A stretch of DNA of 64,000 nucleotides. Source: the human T2T-CHM13v2.0 reference genome, Homo sapiens. The notes beneath the pieces are model-generated. The model worked only from the letters and a program-made list of their open reading frames with translations, did not search any database and was not told the DNA's origin. The DNA is taken from assembly GCF_009914755.1 (NCBI RefSeq), contig NC_060932.1. One strand, 5' to 3'. Positions within the stretch are counted from its first letter, which is position 1. Every line of letters begins with the position of its first letter. This document shows, in pieces, positions 1-14,428 of the stretch. A program made the translations under genes and the position numbers.

Positions 1-66
1 ATAAGGGATACTCAACTTATATAAGAACTAAGTGCATTTAGTATAGCTACTGAAGAAAATATTTTG

Positions 67-430
67 GGCAGGTGTGGTGGCTCACGCCTGTAATCCCAGC
101 ACTTTGGGAGGCAGAGGTGGGTGGACCACCTTAGGTCAGGAATTCGAGACCAGCCCGACCAAGATGGTGAAACCCCATCTCTACTAAAAATACAAAAATT
201 AGCTGGGCGTGGTGGTAGGTGCTTGTAATCCCGGCTACTCCAGAGGAGAATCGCTTGAACCTGGGAAGTGGGGGTTGCAGTGAGCAGAGATTGCGCCATT
301 GCCCTCTAGCATGGGCAACAGTAAGACTCCGTCTCAAAAAAAAGAGGTTGCATTGAGCAGAGATCGCGCCATTGCACTCCAGTCTGGGCGACAGAGTGAG
401 ACTCCATCTCAAAAAAAAAAAAAAAAAAAA
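67..430 (+). mobile_element. AluS-like with duplicated 3' end
   Basis: Alu consensus; right-arm end occurs twice, each copy followed by an A-tail. Confidence 0.9.
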
Positions 431-531
431 AGAAGATATTTTAAAAGATCGCTTTTATTTCAATTTATCATCATTAAACAATCACAAAATAGAAAGGTAT
501 TACCCACGACAGCATTTTAAAATCAAATGTT

Positions 532-872
<341 letters not shown>

Positions 873-993
873 TTATACCAAATATTATATTGTTGAGAGA
901 AATTGAGGACTTGATGAAAGAGGTATTTTATACCATCTCCATGGACTAGAAGGCTCAATAATGTAAAATGACCTATTCTTCCTAAACTGATAG

Positions 994-1368
<375 letters not shown>

Positions 1369-1379
1369 TAAATTGTTTA

Positions 1380-2140
1380 TTGTGGTACTATATATATGAC
1401 ATAAAATTTAATCATTTTAAAATACACAATTCAGTGCCATTAAGTATACTCATGTTGTGTGATCTTCACCACCATTCATTTCCATAACTTTCTAATCATC
1501 TGAAACTCTACAGCCATTAAAGTAACTCCTCAATCCTTTCTCCTTCCAGCCCCTGGCAATCTCTATTCTACTTTTTGTGTCTATGAATTTGCCTATATTC
1601 TAGGTACCCTCATATAAGTGAAAACATACAATTGTGTTTTTGTGTCTTGCTCATTTCACTAAGCATGTTCTGAAGGTGCTCCGTGTTGCAGCATGTGTCA
1701 GAATTTGATTCCTTTCCAATGGCTGAACAATATTCCATTGTATGGATATACCACATTTTTTTTTTTTTTTTTTTTGAGACAGAGTTTCACTTTGTTACTC
1801 AGGCTGGAGTACAGTGATCTCCGCTCACTGCAACCTCCACCTCCTGGGTTCAAGTGATTCTCCTATCTCAGCCTCCTGAGTAGCTGGGATTACAGGCGTG
1901 TGCCACCACACCTGGCTAATTTTTGTCTTTTTAGTAGAGATGGGGTTTCGCCATGTTGGCCAGGCTAGTCTCGAACTCCTGACCTCAAGTGATCCACCCA
2001 CTGGTCTCCCAAAGTGCTGGAATTACAAGTGTGAGCCACCGCACCTGGCCCACACTTTGTTTATCCATTAATCTGTTGATGGAATTTGGCTTGTTTCCAC
2101 CTTTTTTGGCTATGGAATACTGCTATAAACTTTGGTACCT
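1380..2140 (-). mobile_element. L1M 3'-end fragment (Alu-interrupted)
   Basis: cagcccctggcaatctctattctac...ggctgaacaatattccattgtatggatataccac. Confidence 0.75.
1756..2050 (-). mobile_element. Alu
   Basis: Antisense dimer inside L1. Confidence 0.9.
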
Positions 2141-2310
2141 AGTGTATTCTTTATAAGACGTAAATGTGTGATTCAATTGGTTTAATATTAGTGACAGAAT
2201 TAGACTATATTTGAGTCAGTTTGATAAATTTTCTAGTAATTTACTTCTGTAACTTCTTGTTTTCAAATGTACTGGCAAATGCTATTCATAGTATCCTCAA
2301 CTTTTTTGTT

Positions 2311-2597
2311 GTTTTTGAGACAGGGTCTCACTCTCATCTCGGCTGGAGTGCAGTGGCAAGATCATGGCTCAAGGCAGCCTTGACCTCCACAGGCTTAGGT
2401 GATTCTCCCCTCTTAACCTCCCGAGTAGCTGGGACTACAGGTATCTGCCACCACGCCTGGCTAATTTTTTGGTATTTTTTGAGGTTAGGTTTTACCATGT
2501 TGCCCCAGGCTGGCCTTGAACTTTGGGACTCAAGTCATCCTCTTACCTCAGCCTCCCGAAGCGCTGGGATTACAAACATGACCCACTGTGCCCAGCC
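2311..2597 (-). mobile_element. AluJ-like
   Basis: Diverged antisense dimer. Confidence 0.85.
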
Positions 2598-2870
2598 TAT
2601 CCTCAATTTTTTATCACTTTTGTTACCTTTTATTTTGCAAATTCATGCTTTTATTTGTGCCTTCTGTATGTTTGTGGTTTTTTTGTAATATTTGTTTTAT
2701 TAGTCTTTTCAAGTAAGTTTGTGGTTCTGTTGATCTTTTGATTTTTGCGCTTAATCTGTTAACTTTTACATGATAAACACCTAGCTAATTACTTTTCAGC
2801 TTTTGTTCTGTTACAAGCATTTAGTTATAAATTTTCCTCTAAAGACTGCTCTGGTGGTATTGCACAAGTC

Positions 2871-3123
2871 TTTTTTGAGGGTCTTGCTCTGTTGCCCAGG
2901 CTGGAGTGCAGTGGCATGATCATAGATCATTGTAGCCTCAAATCCCTAGTAGCTGGGACCACAGGTGTGTGCCACCACACCCAACTAATTTTATTATTAT
3001 TTTTTTTGAGACGGGGTCTTGCTATGTGGCCCATGCTGGTCTCAAACTCCTGGGGTCAAGTGATCCTCTTGCCTTGGCCTCCCAAAGTGCTGGGATTACA
3101 GGCAGAAGCCAGCGTGCCCAGCC
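2871..3123 (-). mobile_element. AluJ-like
   Basis: Diverged antisense dimer with internal deletion. Confidence 0.85.
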
Positions 3124-3667
3124 CATCTCTTTCTTTTTAAAGACAGCTTCATTGAGGTATATTTTACAAATCATAAAATTTTCCCATTTCAAGGGTTCAA
3201 TTTAAAGATTCTTGGTAAATTTACCAAATTGAGCAACCATGACAATAATTACTTTAATAACTAAAAATTGGAAATAGCCTAAATGTTTCAAATGGACACA
3301 TCAACTGATGAATGCATAGAGAGAAATGTGTTATATTCACACCATGGCAAGCTGCTTAGGAATAAAAGAATGAACTGTTAAATACGACATGGAGGAACTT
3401 CAGGACACGCTAGTGAAAAACCTGCACAAAAACAATTTATGTGATTCCACTGATATGAGCTGTCCAGAAGTAGTAAATCTGTAGACAGAAGTAGATTAGT
3501 GGTTGCCTGGGGCTGGTTGGTGGCAATGAAAATCAACACAGGTCAAGAGAGAGACTGAAATCATGAAAATATTCTAAAACTGATTTATTGTCAAGGCTGC
3601 AGTGAGTTGTGATTGGGCCATTGCACTCCAGCCTGGGGCAACCCAAAGTGAGACCCTGTCCCCCAAA

Positions 3668-3684
<17 letters not shown>

Positions 3685-3717
<33 letters not shown>

Positions 3718-3791
3718 TATATATATACATATATATACACATATATATACATATATACGTATACATATATATGTATGTATATATTACATAT
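3685..3791. repeat. (TA)n/(CA)n microsatellite
   Basis: Directly visible; extends an Alu-fragment A-tail. Confidence 0.9.
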
Positions 3792-4039
3792 GTTTTTGAA
3801 AGTTTCTTCCCAGTTATATTCTAGTTTTAGTATATAATCCATAGCTGTACTTAAAAATGTGACATTAATATAAATTACCTACTAAAATTTTTCGACTGGC
3901 TTTTTTTTATGGTCTAAAAGTTATCAGCTATTTGAATTTCTTCTGAAAGTAAGTCCTGTAACAAAGAATATTACAATAAAATTTCCTCAACACAAATGTT
4001 TATTTCAAGTTTAGAGATTAAAAATTTTTTTAAAAAAAA

Positions 4040-4285
4040 TACAGAGATGGAGTCTCACTGTGTTGCCCAGGCAGGTCTCAACCTCCTGAGCTCAAGCAAT
4101 CCTCTTTTCTCAGCCTCCCAAAGCAATGGGATTACAGGCATGAGCCACCATGCCCAGCCTATTTTTTATTTTTTAGAGATGACATCTTGCTATGTTGCCC
4201 AGGCTGCCCTCAAGCTCTTGGGTTCAAGCCATCCTCCACCTCAGCCTCCTGAGTAGCTGGGACTATAGCCATGTCCCATTGCCCT
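4040..4285 (-). mobile_element. Two Alu monomers (FLAM-like)
   Basis: Two tandem antisense monomers. Confidence 0.75.
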
Positions 4286-4319
4286 GCTTTGAAAGATTTT
4301 ATGTCGTTTCAAGATAGCA

Positions 4320-4600
4320 GGCCAGGTGTGATGGCACACATCTATAATCTCAAGAATTTGGCAGGGCCACTTGAGGCCAGGAGTTCAAGACCAGCCTGGG
4401 CAACATAACAAGATCCCGTCTCTACAAAATATTTTACAAATTAGCTGGGTGTGGTGGTATGTTGAGTGTAGTCCCAGCTACTCAGGAGGCTGAGGGAGGA
4501 GAATGGCTTGGGCTCAGGAGTTCAAGGTTGAAGTGAGCTATGACTGTGCCACTGCACTCCAGCCCAGATGACAGAGCAAGACCTGGTCTAGAAAAAATAA
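4320..4600 (+). mobile_element. AluJ-like
   Basis: Diverged sense dimer. Confidence 0.85.
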
Positions 4601-4639
4601 AGTTTTCATTTAATGCACAACACAATAAATGAATGTTTT

Positions 4640-5254
4640 TGTTTAAAATGAAAAGTTTATTTGCTGAGTACACCAAATAGGATGCAAGCACTGTCATGAC
4701 AAATATACAGAAATATGCAGATCAACATAAAACAGTAATTTAGTTTAAATGAAGGGAAATCTCTTTAAATGTTATGACAACATACTCCCAAGAAGAACCT
4801 TTTCTTCAGTTAAGTTAATTATACATTTCAATAAAATAAAGGATAATGGATTAGTGGAAGTTAGCTTGTGAATTTTTCTTAAAAATAAAACTCCAACTCT
4901 ATTAATCCATGCCAGTTAAACACTATAACTAAAATTTCCAAATAAGCGCAAAAGGAGATGAAGCAGTTAGTTACCTTTTTTGCTTGAACAGTCCAAAGGA
5001 AAATGGTTACTATAAATACAGCAGGCAAACTGTTAGACTGACCTAGAACATAGTGTACTAAATTTCAGTCTCAAATTGTGCTAAATGCTCATCATTAGTA
5101 TGGCACATTTGGTCCATGATGTGGTTTAATGCCAAGACAGATCCCAATTTGTTACAGAAACACATAGATTACTGTTGCTTTTTGTTTTTAAATACATATA
5201 TTTTAAAAAGCCAGGTATACTTCCACATACAAAGGCAGGTTTCCCAGGAGAAAT
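4640..5254 (-). other. PPP2CB: PPP2CB 3'UTR
   Basis: Repeat-free AU-rich segment between the stop codon and AATAAA; Alus resume below 4600. Confidence 0.8.
4656..4661 (-). terminator. PPP2CB poly(A) signal AATAAA
   Basis: tttatt on plus; followed on the minus strand by a U/GU-rich downstream element (ttcatttattgtgttgtg). Confidence 0.75.
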
Positions 5255-5443
<189 letters not shown>

Positions 5444-5676
5444 TCACTTACGGCTGGAATGGCCATGGGCAAATCACTGCAGATGCTCCCATTCCAACTA
5501 ACTGCTTCATAGGGCTATGGTGAAAATTTAAGAAGACAGAATGTCTGGTTTGGTGCCTGGCATAACAATTTCTAAATGTTATTATTATTTAAAAGCTTAA
5601 ATAATTAAAGATTAAATAATATCAAGTTTAAATAATTAAACAATAATTGTTTAATATTATTTAATAATAATATCAC

Positions 5677-5978
5677 TTTTTTTTTTTTTTTTTTTGAGGC
5701 AGAGTCTTGCTCTGTCGCCCAGGCTGGAGTGCACTGGCACGATCTCGGCTTATTGCAAGCTCCGCCTCCTGGGTTCATACCATTCTCCTGCCTCAGCCTC
5801 CTGAGTAGCTGGGACTACAGGAACCCATTACCATGCCCGGCTAATTTTCTTATTTTTTTTTAGTAGAGACGGGGTTTCACCGTGTTAGCCAGGATGGTCT
5901 CATCTCCTGACCTCATGATCCACCCGCTTCGGCCTCCCAAAGTGCTGGGATTACAGGCGTGAGCCACCGCGCCAGGCC
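5677..5978 (-). mobile_element. AluY-like
   Basis: gcaagctccgcc; TSD taatatcact. Confidence 0.92.
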
Positions 5979-6360
5979 TAATATCACTATTTTCTTGAGT
6001 GTTTCTGGCTAGTGGATTTTTCCAATTATTTTTGTGCCTCTATTGAGATGATCATGTGTTTTTTAATCCCTTAATATTAATATGGTTTATTATATTGATT
6101 TTCATGTTTTGAACCAACCTAGCATTCCTGGGATAAATCCCACTTGCTCATGGTGTATAATCTTTTTACATATTGCTAGATCCAGGTTGCTGGTACGTAT
6201 GTTGGAAAATTTTATATCTGTATTCGTAACAAATGCTGGTCTGTTTTTGCCTTTGTCTACTTTTGGTATCAAGGATAATAGTGCAGGTGTGACAGAATGA
6301 ATGCAGTAGTCCTCCTCTTCTGTTTTTTGGAAGTGTTTGTGAAGGATTGGCATTAACTCG

Positions 6361-6648
6361 TTTTTATTTTTGAGACAGGGTCTCACTCTGTTGCCCAAGC
6401 TGGAGTGCAGTGGTGTGATCATGGCTCACTGTAGCCTCAACCTCCCTGGGCTCAGGTGATCCTCCCACTTCAGCTTCCTGAGTAGCTGAGACTATAGGCT
6501 GAGCCACCACACCAGGTTAATTTTTGTATTCTTTGTAGATACAGGGTTTTACCATGTTACCCAGGCTGATCTTGAATCCTGGGCTCAATCTGCCTGCCTT
6601 GGCTTCCCAAAGTGCTAGGATTACTGGTTAGAGCCACCGCACCTGGCC
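6361..6648 (-). mobile_element. AluJ-like
   Basis: Antisense dimer. Confidence 0.85.
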
Positions 6649-7269
6649 AATTCCTTTCTTTAAACATTTGGTGGACTTCATCAATGAAGCCAATTGGGCT
6701 TGGCCTTTTATTTGTGGGGAGTTTTAACTTTTTCACTCATTTATTTATATTCTTTTAAATTAAATAGGGACAAGGTCCTGCTATGTTGTCCAGGCTGGTC
6801 TCAAACTCCTAGTCTCAAGCAATCCTCTCAGCTTGGCCTCCCAAAGCTGGGATTTATAGGTGTGAGCCACCATGCTGGCTCAATATTTTCACATTTGAAA
6901 GGTCATTCAGATTTCATATTTCTTGAGTCAGTTTCAGTAGTTTCTTTTTAGGAATTAGTACGTTTTATCAAAGTTACTGAATTTGCTGGCATATAGTTAT
7001 TTATTGTATTCCCTTATAATCCTTTTTATTTCAGTAAGGTCTCTAGTGATTTGGTAATGTGAGTCTTTACTCCTTTTTTTCTTGGCCAGTCTAGTTAAGG
7101 CTTTTCAAAGCATCAACTTTGGGTTTTGTTGATTTTTCTGTAATGATTTTCTACTGTTTGTTTATTTCTACTCTAAACCTCGTTTCATAAGCTTACATCA
7201 GGTTTAGTTTACTCTGCTTTTTCTAGGTCCTCAAGTATAAAGATAGGTTACTGATTTCAAATCTTCTTG

Positions 7270-7562
7270 TTTTTTTTTTTGTTTTTTTCTTTCTGAGACA
7301 GGGTCTTTGCTCTGTTGCCTAGGCTGTAGTGTAGTGCTGTGATCATAGCTCATTGCAGCCTTGATCAACTGGGCTCAAGTGATCCTCCATCTCAGCCTCC
7401 CATACAGCTGAGACTACAGGTGCTTGGCACCATACCTGGCTAATTTTTAAATTTTTTTGTAGAGACGGGGTCTCCCTATGTTGCCCAGGCTGGCCTCAAG
7501 TGATCCTCCTACTTTGGCTTCCCAAAGTGTTGGGATTACTTGTGTGAGCCACAGCATCCAGC
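7270..7562 (-). mobile_element. AluJ-like
   Basis: Antisense dimer. Confidence 0.85.
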
Positions 7563-8063
7563 CATGTTAATGATTTCTAATTTCATTTCCTTGTGTTTGG
7601 AGAATATCCTTTTAAGAATCTAATCTTCTTAAATTGCCTGAGGCATGTTTTACAGTCTAGCATATGACTATGTTTCATGTTTACTTGAGAGGAAAGTATT
7701 CTGCTGTTGTTGGGTGTTGTTTTACAGACATGAGGTATACAGTCAGTTTACAGTGTTGCTCAAGTCTTCTCCTGCCTTCATCTCCTGCCTAGTTGTTCTA
7801 TCCAAGAGAAACAGTTTCTGTTGCTTAGTTTTTTCCTGTGTAGAGGTCACACTTCCTTGTTCTTTCCATGTCTTATAATCTGTGGTTGAAAAATTGGACA
7901 TTATAGATAACATATTGCAGTAGCTCTGGAATTCATGTCCTTGGGGACTGATCTTGTCTTTTTGGTGGTTTATTATTTTTGTTTAGTGACTTAGCTGAAC
8001 TAACTGTAAAGTCTACTTCCCCCATAGTGTGCAGCCCCTGTGGCCCTGCTCGGATGTTTTTAC

Positions 8064-8343
8064 TTTTTTTTTTTTTTTTTGAGTTTCACTTTTGTTGCCC
8101 AGGCTGGACTGCAATGGCGTGATCGCCGCCGCCTCCCAGGTTCAAGCGATTCTCCTGCCTCAGCCTCCTGAGTAGCTGGGATTACAGGCATGCGCCACCA
8201 CACCCAACTAATTTTGTATTTTTAATAGAGACTGGGTTTCTCCATGTTGGTCAGGCTGGTCTTGAACTCCCGACCTCAGGTGATCCGCCCACCTCGGCTT
8301 CCCAAAGTGCTGGGATTACAGGCATGAGCCACCGTGCCTGACC
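8064..8343 (-). mobile_element. AluS-like
   Basis: Antisense dimer; TSD gtttttactt. Confidence 0.9.
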
Positions 8344-8779
8344 GTTTTTACTTCTTTTAATCTTTCACAGCCTGGCTACTGAGGGGCTGTCTCTGGGTAG
8401 GCATAAGCCACTTACTGATCAAAGATTGTACTTAAGCCCCCTTGGCCAGTTAGATCTTAAAGCTCACCCTAATGGCCACCGGAAATGTTATGTGACTTGC
8501 AGATTGCTATCAAAGCTGAAGGAGTTTATATTTTGGCTTCCCATTCAGCCAGGGACTAATAGTTGGATCTTCATACTGCACTCAGTCCAGAGAGGGTATA
8601 ACCTTGGGCATGCACATATTCTGCCAGACTGTCAGGGATGAGTGTGATTTTATTTTAAAGCCTGACTACCTAGGAGGTGCTCCTGGATCAGAGTAACTGA
8701 ATGTCGTTCAGTCAATGATGAGAGGTTGTGTTTAAGCCTCACATACTAGTGATGGTTACACCATTTGTTGATCAATCTA

Positions 8780-9203
8780 CTTATCCATTTCCTGGGGCTG
8801 CCGTAACAAATTACCGAACTGTATAGCTTATACAACGGGGATTTATCCTCTCACAGTTCTGGAGGCTACAAGTCTGAAAGCAAGATGCTGGGAGGACCAC
8901 GCTCTCTCTGAAGGCTCTAGGAAAAATCCTTCCTAGCCTCTCCCTAGCTTCTGATGGCTCTGGCAATCCTTAGCTGGTAGATGCATCACTTGAATCTCTG
9001 GCTTCACACAGCATTCTCCCCTGTGTGTGTTTCTTTTCCTCTTACTAAAATCCCATTCGAATTGGATTTAGGCCCACCCTAATCCAGTACAATCTCATCT
9101 TTAATAATTATATCTGTAAAGATCCTATTTCCAAATAACATCACATTTTGAGGTTCTGGGTGGACATGAATTTTTTTGGGGGGACATTATTCAACTCAGT
9201 ACA
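8780..9203 (-). mobile_element. MLT1-family MaLR LTR
   Basis: tttcctggggctgccgtaacaaattacc...tcacagttctggaggct...ggacattattcaactcagtaca, typical of MLT1 in antisense. Confidence 0.75.
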
Positions 9204-10209
9204 ATCTATGTGTGGCTTGAAAATATTATATGAATACCCCACATCCTACTCTTGACTGCTCCTGAGTGGGTATGGCTAGTGCATGTGCACAGCCTTCTTG
9301 TCCCCCAGGGCTGACTGTGATCCCAGAAGGGCTCTTCTTGGCTTTTTCCCTGGTGCTATTTGTTGAACAACATGTTGCTCTGCTCTTTTGTATGTTGCTC
9401 CTAGTATCATGGGAGCTATTACAGCCCTCTTAATTGGTCTCCACCATGACATCTACTGCTTTCCACAAAGCACTCAGATTTGGAATTCTCCATCACCTAA
9501 GTAAGATAAGTCCTCTGAGGCAGAGCTGAGGAACTTCTGTGACCTGCCTTTCCTCCTGAGCAGAACTTCTGTGCCAGTGCAGGCTCAGTGATACCACCTG
9601 GTTTATAAGCAGGTGCTGGGGTAACAGCATTGGGAAACCCAGCATTCTCATCTGCCATGCATGCCTGGAGCAGAGCTTCTGCCCCAGGAGCTGGGGCAGG
9701 GAAGGGGGCCTCAGCCTGCTTGACTGTGTCTACCAGGAGTAGAGCTTTTGTAACTCCAGACTAGGAGAGGTGAGATATGCTGGCATCTGATCTCTGGGAG
9801 TGAACCCACAGCCCCAGCCCTGGGAGCTGATGAAGAGGGGGAATCCCTTAGCCTCCTGACTATACCAACCCAGCGTAGAGCGCCTGTAGTCGTTTCTGTG
9901 AGAGGGATCTGGGAGGAGTTGGAGGGGGCAAGTCATAGCTCAAATGCCACAGACTACGGCTATTATTACTGAGATTTAGTAGGTTTTCTTGAATTAACTG
10001 TTTCTCCACCTGCTGTATGCCCTTAGGACAATTTCCAAAAGCTTTGAAAAATTATTTTTTAAAAATAATGTTCTCCAGCTAATGGTTATTTTTGCTGGAG
10101 AGGGGCTTTGCTATACTCCTCATCCAATTTCAGAAACAGAAATCTTCTATTTTTAACATTTAAAATTTTCCTTCTGAAAGTATATACAATTAAAATTTAC
10201 AGTTACTCA

Positions 10210-10356
<147 letters not shown>

Positions 10357-10805
10357 TCATTATAATATTATGATTTTGACACAGACACATTTAAAAAAAA
10401 CTAAACTCAAAAACTACAGGTACTCTCTGTGGAAATGTAGTCGTCTATATTACTATATAAGGTCTCCATCTTTAATAGTTTGTGTACCTGTAAAGAATAC
10501 TGTGCAATTCGTGGGCCTAGGAGTCTGTTAAATGCAGCTCGCTAATTGTTGTTTTGCCGTATCTATGCTTGAAATCTTGGCAAGGATGTGTACTGAATTT
10601 CTCCCACAATCATAATTAATTTCTCAATTTTCCCTCATGAATTATGCCAATTTTTTCTTTATATATTTTGAAGCTATTACTAGGTAAATACAAATTTAGA
10701 ATACTTTCTTCCTAGAGAACTGGGCCAGTTTTCATCAATAATCTCTTTATTTCTAATAATACCTTTTATTAGAGCCTATCTCATTCATATTATTAGCTAT
10801 AGTAT

Positions 10806-11100
10806 TATATATAGTGTGTATACATACATGCTAATTAATGTATGTGTATATACATATGTATATATACGTGTATATATGTATATATGTGTGTGCATATATG
10901 TATACATGTGTATATACATGTGTATATACATACACGTATATATGTATGTATACATGTATGTGTGCGCATATATGTATACGTGTGTATATGTGTATATATA
11001 CGTGTGCATATATGTATACACACATACATGTGTGTATATATGTATACATATATATACATACATTAGTGTATGTATGTGTGTATATACACACACACACACA
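10806..11100. repeat. ~300-bp compound (TA/TG/CA)n microsatellite
   Basis: Directly visible alternating purine-pyrimidine tract. Confidence 0.92.
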
Positions 11101-11103
11101 TCC

Positions 11104-11812
<709 letters not shown>

Positions 11813-12039
11813 TGATTATTTATCCAATCTAAGAGTCTCTTTCAGGCTAAAATTTTAGTCTCTTTCTTATAATCACTGATATAATTAAATTTATTTTTAC
11901 TATGTAAATTTGTGTTTTTTTTATCATGCTCCCTTGTTTCTACTGGGCTGGCGAAGTTTTCTCTAAACATCTTGAAGCCACTCCCTACTGGTCTGCAGGG
12001 ATTATGTTGTTTATGTTCCCTTAGTAGTTGTATAACAGT

Positions 12040-12745
12040 TAATATTATAGTGGAGAAATCTGGCAGACATCATCTTAACTAAGCAATTAAAGTTGCCACC
12101 ACCAGCATTGAGACAAGCAGATTTTAGGACCACTTGATACAATGCACGGAGGAGGACACACCATCTTTCTATGTCATGACTGCCAAAAATGCATACATTG
12201 AATCCCTAACTGCAAGGAAAACATCAGGCAAACCCCAACTGAGGGATATTTCTGTAAGATAAAATGCTCCTACTCTTCCAAAATGTCAAGAATGTGGAAA
12301 ACAATGAAAATCGGAGGATTTCCACATCAAAGTAGAATGAATACAACCTAATCTTTGGATTCGACTATGCACATACAGTATGCACAAAAAATTAAATTTT
12401 GCTATTAAAGACATTAGTGAGACAATTAGCAAAATTTGAATAAAGTGTTCATATTAAATAACAGTACTATATGAACACAAATTTCCCAACTGTGATAACT
12501 ATACGGTGGTTATGTGACAGTGTGTCCTTAATTTTACAAAATACACATAGAAAGTTGGTAGTAAAGGAGTATCTGTCTGCAACAGATATTCAAATGGTTC
12601 AGAAGAAAGTGTGAGGGGTGAAGAGGAAGAGAGACACAAAATGATAAAGCAAATATAGTAAAATATTTACAGTCAGGAATCTGAATGAAGCATACAGGGA
12701 ATTATGGGGTACTATTTTTGTAACTTTTTTCTAAGTCTCAATTTC
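12040..12745 (+). mobile_element. L1MC/MD-like 3'UTR fragment
   Basis: gtggagaaatctggcagaca...ggaatctgaatgaagcatacagggaatt. Confidence 0.55.
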
Positions 12746-12909
12746 AAAAATGAGTTATAATTCTGCTCTGGTCTACTAGTGCTTTCCCTACTTGCTAAAA
12801 CCAGCAAGTTTTTCCTCTTTTCACCTAGGTAATAAATGGTGAGGAATGTTTCTTAGTTAAGTCATAATGCCTTATTACAGAAGTATATACTAATCTGAAA
12901 TAAAGATCA

Positions 12910-13116
<207 letters not shown>

Positions 13117-13193
13117 TTACAAATTATTATCAGTCATACTTTATCATCCTCAAAATGTGGTTATATTTTCTTTTCCTTTCTTCTTCTTTTTTA

Positions 13194-13295
<102 letters not shown>

Positions 13296-13438
13296 CTATG
13301 TATGAATTAACAAAAGAGAATGTATTTGTTTTACTAACTCCAAACAGTTAACAAAGAGTAAATAATGGTTAAAAGTGTCAGTCCAAATAGTGCCAACATT
13401 TAAACATATTTTGTCCATCATTTTTTCTTCTTTACCCC

Positions 13439-13610
13439 TTCTCTGGTCAATGGTATCCCCATCCTTGGGGACCCACCATTAAATTTCTTTTTTTTTTTTT
13501 CCCCTCCCTCCCTCCCTTCCTTTTCTCTGGTCAATGGTATCCCCATCCTTGGTACCTACCATTAAATTTCTTTCTTTCTTTTTTTTCTCCCTCCCCACTT
13601 CCCTCCTTTC
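13439..13610. repeat. Two-copy 84-bp tandem duplication
   Basis: ttctctggtcaatggtatccccatccttgg..acc.accattaaatttcttt at 13439 and 13523. Confidence 0.9.
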
Positions 13611-13620
13611 TTTTCTTTCT

Positions 13621-13780
13621 GTAGAGATGGAGTCTTGCTGTGCTGCTGAGGATGGAGAGCAGTAGCTATTCACAGCCTTGATCACTGCGCAATGCAGCCA
13701 TGAACTCCTGGGCCCAAGCAATCCTCCTGCCTCAGCCTCCTGGGAAGCTAGGATTACAGGTGCATGCCACTGTACCCAGC
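13621..13780 (-). mobile_element. FAM (fossil Alu monomer)
   Basis: Monomer that retains the 7SL-derived GGCTGTGAATAGCTACTGC segment absent from dimeric Alus. Confidence 0.7.
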
Positions 13781-14133
13781 TGTCATTACAGCTTCTGTTG
13801 GTTATTGCTGATATATACAATTTTTTGTTTCTCTTACAGCAAACACTCTGATTCCTGTTACTGGCTACAATAAATTTTCAGTTCCTTCATATTTTCTAAG
13901 TACATAATCAAGTCATTTGCAAAACTATTTTTGTTTTTTCTTCTCAATGTTTATACGTTTTAATTCTTTTTATTGCTTAGTGCATTGGCCAGGACTTCTA
14001 AAATAAAATGGAATAATACAAATGTTTTCTGTTTTGTTTTTTGTAAACTACCTAGTTTCAAGTCCATGCTCTAGGTATTCTGAATCAGAGAGAATAACGT
14101 AAGTTTTAACAAGCATTTTCTTTCTGATTTTGA

Positions 14134-14428
14134 TTTTTTTTTTTTTTTTTTTTGAGACGGAGTTTCGCTCTTGTTGCCCAGTGCAATGGCGTGATCTCGG
14201 CTCACCGCAACCTCCGCCTTCCGGGTTCAAGCAATTCTCCTGCCTGAGCCTCCTGAGTAGCTGGGTTTACAGACATGTGCCACCATGCCTGGCTAATTTT
14301 GTATTTTTAGTAGAGACAGGGTTTCTCCATGTTGGCCAGGCTGGTCTTGAACTCCCAACCTCAGGTGATCCGCCCGCCTTGGCCTCCCAAAGTGCTGGGA
14401 TTACAGGCATGAGCCACCTCACCTGGCC
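14134..14428 (-). mobile_element. AluS-like
   Basis: Antisense dimer. Confidence 0.9.

Larger units (their letters stand above)
5990..8010 (-). mobile_element. Degenerate L1M ORF2 fragments (Alu-interrupted)
   Basis: Minus ORF KKIIHHEQVGFIPGMLGWF is an L1 reverse-transcriptase-region motif. Confidence 0.75.
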
